DNA of 64,000 nt, taken from contig NC_043008.1 of assembly GCF_006345805.1 (NCBI RefSeq), positions 54,746,001 through 54,810,000 on the forward strand. The letters are read 5' to 3'. The translations under genes were made by a program, and so were the position numbers. Under the pieces are notes generated by a model. The model made no database searches and had not been told where the DNA came from. It saw only the letters and a program-made list of their open reading frames with translations. Positions 56,040 to 64,000 of this stretch are shown one piece after another (positions within the stretch are counted from its first letter, which is position 1; every line of letters begins with the position of its first letter). Source of the DNA: Octopus sinensis (taxonomy: Eukaryota).

Positions 56040-58150
56040 ACAGTAATACACATACACACATACACAGATACACAGATACACACACGCACATATACAAATA
56101 CACATACACACATACATAAATACACATACACACATACAGAAATACACAAACGCACATACACAGATACACAGATACACACACGCACATATACAAATACACA
56201 TACACACATACATAAATACATATACACACATACACAGATACACAGATACACACACGCACATATACAAATACACATACACACATACATAAATACACATACA
56301 CACATACACAGATACACAGATACACACACGCACATATACAAATACACATACACACATACATAAATACACATACACACATACAGAAATACACAAACGCACA
56401 TACACAGATACACAGATACACACACGCACATATACAAATACACATACACACATACATAAATACACATACACACATACACAAATACACATACACATACAGA
56501 AATACACAAACGCACATACACAAATACACATACACATACAGAAATACACACACGCACATACACAAATACAGACACGCACATACACAAATACACATACACA
56601 CATACACAAATACACACACGCACATACGCAAATACACATACACACATACATAAATACACATACACACATACACAAATACACACACGCACATACGCAAATA
56701 CACATACACACATACACAAATACACACACGCACATACGCAAATACACATACACACATACACAAATACACACACGCACATACACAAATACACATACACACA
56801 TACACAAATACACACACGCACATACGCAAATACACATACACACATACATAAATACACATACACACATACACAAATACACACACGCACATACGCAAATACA
56901 CATACACACATACACAAATACACACACGCACATACACAAATGCACATACACACATACACAAATACACATACACACATACACAAATACACATACACACATA
57001 CACAAATACACATACACACATACACAAATACACATACACACATACACAAATATACAAACGCACATACACACATACACAAATACACATACACACATACACA
57101 AATACACATACACACATACACAAATACACACACGCACATACACAAAACACACACGCACATACAAAATACACATACACACACATACACAAATACACATACA
57201 CACATACACAAATACACACACACGCACATACACAAATACCACACGCACATACACAAATACACACAGCACATACACAAATACACACACCACATACGCAATA
57301 CACATACACACATACATAAATAACATACACATACACAATACACAACACGCACATACACAAATACACACGCACATACACAAATACACACAGCACATACACA
57401 AATACACACACGCACATACGCAAATACACATACACACATACATAAATACACATACACACATACCAAATACACACACGCACATACACAAACACACACGCAC
57501 ATACACAAATACACAACACGCACATACACAAATACACACACGCACATACACAAATACACACACGCACATACGCAAATACACATACACACATACATAAATA
57601 CACATACACACATACATAAATACACACACGCACATACACAAATACACACACGCACATACACAAATACACACACGCACATACACAAATACACACACGCACA
57701 TACGCAAATACACATACACACATACATAAATACACATACACACATACACAAATACACATACACACATACACAAATACACATACACACATACACAAATACA
57801 CATACACACATACACAAATACACACACGCACATACGCAAATACACATACACACATACACAAATACACACACGCACATACACAAATACACACACGCACATA
57901 CACAAATACACACACGCACATACACAAATACACACACACACATACACAAATACACACACGCACATACGCAAATACACATACACACATACACAAATACACA
58001 TACACACATACACAAATATACAAACGCACATACACACATACACAAATACACACACATGCACAAATAAACACACACACTTACAAGTACACATACACACATT
58101 ACAACACACACATACTCACAAACATGCACACAAACACACACACAAACACA
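56040..58150. repeat. 2.1-kb CA/TA-rich minisatellite
   Basis: Variant units such as TACACAAATACACATACACACA and TACACACACGCACA. The three ~700-aa ORFs are repeat artefacts. Confidence 0.95.
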
Positions 58151-58316
58151 TAAAGAATCTCACAAACGCACACACTCGCACATAGGTAGGTGTGCACACA
58201 CAGTCTCAGCCCCGCATACACACAAGTAAACACACGCACACAGGACCCCATATACAGACATGCACATACACGCACTCATGCGTGTCCGCGCGTACGCACA
58301 AAGCCACATGCACGCG

Positions 58317-58359
<43 letters not shown>

Positions 58360-58494
58360 GCATCTCGACACACATACACGAACTCGTAATTATGCACGAG
58401 CACGCGCACACACAGATACATATACACACGCATACATACACACCCAGTCCCTCCCTCATTTTCCCACCTACGCACACACACACACACATACACA

Positions 58495-58536
<42 letters not shown>

Positions 58537-58813
58537 GCACGAACACACGCAGACAAACAGACAAATATGAGTCTCTGCCTTTTTGCGAACGTAAGTTGGC
58601 TGAACGTGTAAACAAGCTCTTCGCAATCAAAAAGTTCCCACGTTCGATCCCATTGCACAGCATCTCATGTAAATTTCTTTTTCCTTAAATTTACCTAAGT
58701 TTACTATAAGTTTACCTAAGCATTGGAAATAAAACGGGTTTGTTACTCGTACGTAATGAAAGACACACCATTTGTCAAACGGTGAGGGTTAAGGAAACAC
58801 AAATACACACACA

Positions 58814-58883
<70 letters not shown>

Positions 58884-59204
58884 ATTTATATTCATGTGGC
58901 ATCGTCCGTTTTTCTGTCCTTGTTTCGTATACATTCGATCCTTTTTCCAAGAAATCTAATGCTCGTAGCTTAGTTTTTCCTTGGGGCTGGCCGGATCGGA
59001 GCGATCTCAAGATTAATCAGCCGAAATTGCGAGGATGATCCGCCTCTTGACTGAAGATTAGAGGCTTCGAATGACCGTCCGTTTCTTTGTGTCGTCTATT
59101 TGAATGTTTTGCGTTCTTGTCCCATTTTGTATTTTTATATTTATTTTTATACATACATACATACATACATACATACACACACATACACACAGACACACAC
59201 ACAC

Positions 59205-59246
<42 letters not shown>

Positions 59247-59809
59247 CACACATGTATATATATATACACATACATATATAGGTATACACACATACATATA
59301 TATACATGTATGTATATATACACATATATACACATACATATATATATATACATACCTATTCGACAAATCCACTCACAGGGCTTTGGTCGGCCCGGGGCTA
59401 TTGCAGAAGACACCTTCCCAGGATGGCACGCAATGGCATTGAACCCGAAACCTTGTGGTTTGGAAGCAAACTTCTTCACACTCACCCACAATTGTGCCTT
59501 CACCTTCTGCACATAAACATCTTTGCACATGAAACCAAGATCTCTAACGCAGAAAATATTGATGGTGTCAGGACCTGGGAAACAATCCCTAATGAGACTT
59601 GGACAGTTTTCTCTATATCTCCTGCACGATGGCAAAATGCTCGTACGCAGCAGCGTAATATTTTAGCTGTAATTCTCTAGTCTTTGACAATACGCATATC
59701 ACGTCTTCCACGTCACTGCATAGTATCTATGAGGACTTTTCCTAGTGATCTCATATAACTTACCAAAGCCTGCATTCTGGGCACATGTTTTGCTCTTCCG
59801 TCTCATATG

Positions 59810-60307
<498 letters not shown>

Positions 60308-60774
60308 ATGATACGGTGCTACTTTAGTGTTTGGGCTACCGTAGTATCCGTAGCCTATGCTGTGGAATGACCCGAATCGTCAGCTGAGACTTTAGATGGT
60401 TTAGTGACCTTTCATGCTATGAATTTATTAGCTGAACATCATAGGATACAGTAACAACAGCATACATGCAGGTTATTGAACTATTGCGGTTGGATGCGAA
60501 AACAAGTTTTTAAAAGAAAATGACAGGCGATAATAGTCTGCTTTTTCATACACACTTTGATGACATCTGCTGGAAAGCATTGAGAATAGATGCAGCTGTT
60601 TTGTTTTGTAATTCTTAAATAGTATATGAAGTGCTAAAGGATTTAAATGTAAACTGTTTGTATCACTTGTGTTAAATGAGAGAATTCCATTATAATGATG
60701 GCCGTTTAAAAACTCTATAGCGTTTTTTGAGAACTTTGAGGATTTTGATGATCTTGCTTTGTATAGGAGATATA

Positions 60775-61100
60775 GGAACACTCCGTCGGTTACGACGACG
60801 AGGGTCCCAGCTGATGCAATCGACAGAACAGCTTGCTCGTGAAATTAACGTGTAAGTGACTGAGCAATCCACAGACACATGTACCCCTAACGTAGTTCTC
60901 AGGGAGATTCAGCATGATTCAGAATGTGACAAGGCCGGCCCTTTGAAGTACAGGTACAACTCATTTTTGCCAGCTGAGTGGACTGGAGCAACGTGAAATA
61001 AAGTGTCTTGCTCAAGGACACAACGCGTCGTCGAGAATTGAACTCACGACCTTACAATCTTGAGCCGAATGCCCTAACCACTAAGCCACGCGCCTTCACA
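60775..61100 (-). mobile_element. tRNA-derived SINE (V-like head + tail Y)
   Basis: Minus strand reads GGCGCGTGGCTTAGTGGTTAGG...GAGTTCAATT...GTGTCCTTGAGCAAGACACTT (V-domain-like). The tail is shared with 61515-61901. Another copy lies at 7672-7985 (-). Confidence 0.8.
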
Positions 61101-61514
61101 CTCTTGCTGTGTATTGTTAAATGTAGGTCATTAATAATACGAGTATTTTCAAATTTTGAAAAGATGAAAGACAAAATCAGCATCGGCGGAATTTGAACTC
61201 AAAACGAAAAGACGTACGCTAAACATTTTGCCCGGCGTGCTCACGATTCTGCCAGCTCGCTGCATTTAGGCCAGTAATAATGATTGTTATTCAACATAAT
61301 TCAGCCTGGTTTTATCATTCTGCAGTATAAAATTCTTCAAGTAGAGGTAAACCGCTTGCTGAAGTGTTACCGAGAATAGTTTAGTACTGATCATCTACCG
61401 ATCGTTTTAAACTCCCAATTAAGACACACAATGAAATAAGGCTTCAACGACTGAGATATTGAAGCTTCTGGACACAAACATCCAAGATGGCCTCCAACAG
61501 GAAGTTATTCAACT

Positions 61515-61901
61515 TGAAGAAGCACTCCGTCGGTTACGACGACGAGGGTTCCGGTTGATCCGATCAACGGAACAGCCTGCTCGTGAAATTAACGTGTAAG
61601 TGGCTGAGCACTCCACAGACACGTGTACCCTTAACGTAGTTCTCGGGGATATTCAGCGTGACACAGAGAGTGACAAGGCCGACCCTTTGAAATACAGGTA
61701 CAACAGAAACAGGAAGTAAGAGTGAGAGCAAGTTGTGGTGAAAGAGTACAGCAGGGATCACCACCATCCCCTGCCGGAGCCTCGTGGAGCTTTTAGGTGT
61801 TTTCGCTCAATAAACACTCACAACGCCCGGTCTGGGAATCGAAACCGCGATCCTACGACCGCGAGTCCGCTGCCCTAACCACTGGGCCATTGCGCCTCCA
61901 C
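61515..61901 (-). mobile_element. tRNA-derived SINE (head C + tail Y) with target-site duplication
   Basis: 12-bp TSD AGTTATTCAACT at 61503-61514 and 61902-61913. It looks full length. Confidence 0.88.
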
Positions 61902-62759
61902 AGTTATTCAACTACCCAGTAACATACAACAAACTCTGGCCCATATGCGCCGAGTCCTCGTTCTGACCATTTGTCTGTCTGTCTGTCTCTCCACCCTGTC
62001 TCACGCTTTTTTCCTACTCTTTCACTGCTACATCAACCTTTAACCCTCTTAAGTAGCTAGCAGAATATTAATTTCATCGATCTTAGCACTCCATTTCTCC
62101 TCACTGACATGTGTCCCATCCTGCTAAATCCTGCTAATTCCACTCCAAATCATCAATCTCATTTGGACTTGAACTTGGAACGTAAAGGTTCTGCCAGTTG
62201 GTTGGACATGTGTAACGTAGCATCGACTTAAAAGGATCCATAAATCCATTAAAATCCGTATTTATATGTTTTTATAGAGGGATTCTCTACTCGAAGCAGT
62301 CATAACAGTAAATCAACTGAATTACAGATAGCCGCCTGTTTTCTTAAGATACGCTGGTAAAAAGGATATTAAAAATGTTGTGTGTAAAATTAACCAAATA
62401 ATTATGAAATTAAGGAGACACGGGAAACAGGATGTGTGAAAGAAATGTATTTGGAAGTTGTCAGAAGTCAGTTTAAAATAGGGGAAGATAATTGCATTAG
62501 TGTCACACAGGCGGTCAACGTCTGGATATTGGGGGGGGGGGGACAAATATATACACAGATACTGACTGCATAAAACAGAACGGTGAATTTGCTGATCAAA
62601 GTAAAAGCAATAAAAAGAAGAAAAAAACAAACAAGAAACAAACAAGCAAACAGAAACGAATCAACCAAATATTCAACCAAGCGGACAATAGTAAAATACA
62701 CAGCAACAGACTATATTGGCTGACCAAGCTAGAAGCTGATGCGGTGATAGTGATAGATT

Positions 62760-62790
<31 letters not shown>

Positions 62791-63324
62791 CAATAATAAT
62801 AATGCTAATAGCAAAGTATTGCTGCTGTAATCGATGAACATAACAACAACAATATTTACAGTGTAGGTCCAACTAAGTATCGCCCATCACATATCTGATA
62901 GTAGTAATCAATAAGCTTCTCTGGAAATATACTACCCAACAGAATAATTGAACACAGAAAGAAAAAAAGCAAACAATATTTCAGGACACTCACGCTGTTA
63001 TTGATACATATCACTAAAAAACGGTAGTTTGAACAGTGTCGAACGAAAATCAAATATGTTTAGGCAAAAGGCTGCCACAAGAAATTAGAAGGCTGATTAT
63101 ATCTTCTGGTTTGTTCTTATGGCGTCTATAAACGATGTATCTCGAAAGTCAGTTTAGTTATAAAGGATAGTTCATAACATATAAAGTTAAGAGTACCTTG
63201 CAAAGAAATAAAGCGGTAGGACAAAAAACCATGAATGTAGTGCAACACAGACTGTCGCAATGTCTACAGTATTTTCTGGAATGCAGGTCGAAGATTTTAG
63301 ACCAAATTTTAAAAATATAAAATA

Positions 63325-63575
63325 AATGCACCCTTTTAAAGCCTAGCCAGGCTCATGGGCCCGGTTTCCCGGTTTCTATAGCGTATGTGTTCTCCAGCTG
63401 GACGGAACACCAGTCCATCGCAGCATTACTCATTTTTGTCAGCTGAGTGGACTGGAGCAACGTGAAATGAAGTGTTTTGCTCAAGGACACAACGCGTCGC
63501 CCGGTCCAGTAATCGAAACTACAATCTTACGATCATGAAGCTGACACGCTAACCACTAAGCCACGCGCCTCCACA
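63325..63575 (-). mobile_element. tRNA-derived SINE (V-like head + tail X)
   Basis: Head as in 60775-61100, tail as in 93-395. Confidence 0.8.
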
Positions 63576-64000
63576 GACCAATAGTTACAATCCGCTAACA
63601 CCAAGATGACTTTGGAGGACTAAAAATGCTATGCGAAATTCAGGGCGATTTGGAAAGATAGCGACGGTGTTTGATTTCTTGTGCAACATGTTTACACTGT
63701 ATACTACGTTGACTTCTATGCTAGGAAATACGGTTTGTAACAAAGTACACCAAAATAGTTTTCCAATTTTACTCATCAAAATTAGATACCTTCATCTTAC
63801 CTGTTAGAAAACTTGCTATTTTACTTTTAGAACGCAACCATAGAAGCGTCGAGAAATATATAAATATATAATCTATATATCAAATATGTCGAGCGAAAAT
63901 CTAGCGGTAAATAATAGCTCATAATGTTTATCTATTTTTAATATATGATCTTGGTCCATATGTCGTAAGTTCAAAATACATTCGGATTGACTTTGCTTTC

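Noticed and set aside
56006-58141. Three ~700-aa Cys/Val/Tyr-rich ORFs
   Set aside because: They are translations of a CA/TA minisatellite that is open in several frames, with no domain content.
58985-59075. GC-rich structured patch with GAAA and CTGAAGA words
   Set aside because: The boxes cannot be arranged into any hammerhead topology, and no HDV-like pseudoknot could be built by eye.
60473-60781. 102-aa minus-strand ORF; similar non-repeat ORFs at 9092-9699, 26622-26909 and 38928-39131
   Set aside because: No recognisable domain or convincing splice context, so host exons cannot be supported without homology or RNA data.

Overview
Repeat-dominated eukaryotic DNA, probably intronic or intergenic. 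The microsatellite load and SINE landscape suggest an octopus or other coleoid cephalopod (inference; no database search was possible). I recognised no intact host gene, and most ORFs in the track are translations of microsatellites. Contents: many tRNA-derived SINEs of at least four module combinations; dead fragments of a DD37D (maT-like) Tc1/mariner transposase, a mariner 5' end, CR1-, RTE- and R4/Dong-type LINEs and a Gypsy integrase with PPT and LTR start; and a Penelope-like (Neptune-type) GIY-YIG fragment. The main signal is a set of small non-coding elements in (TA)n/(TAA)n tracts that carry type I hammerhead-ribozyme (HHR) motifs. I folded about 26 such motifs by eye, from at least 6 families. 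The largest is an array of nine ~560-bp units plus a partial unit (30183-35349) followed by an inverted ~750-bp arm (35344-36092), with one HHR per unit. Five HHR loci share a head-to-head two-arm layout with both outer ends in microsatellites. This fits retrozyme-like or PLE-mobilised RNAs, but cleavage, transcription and circular RNA are all untested.
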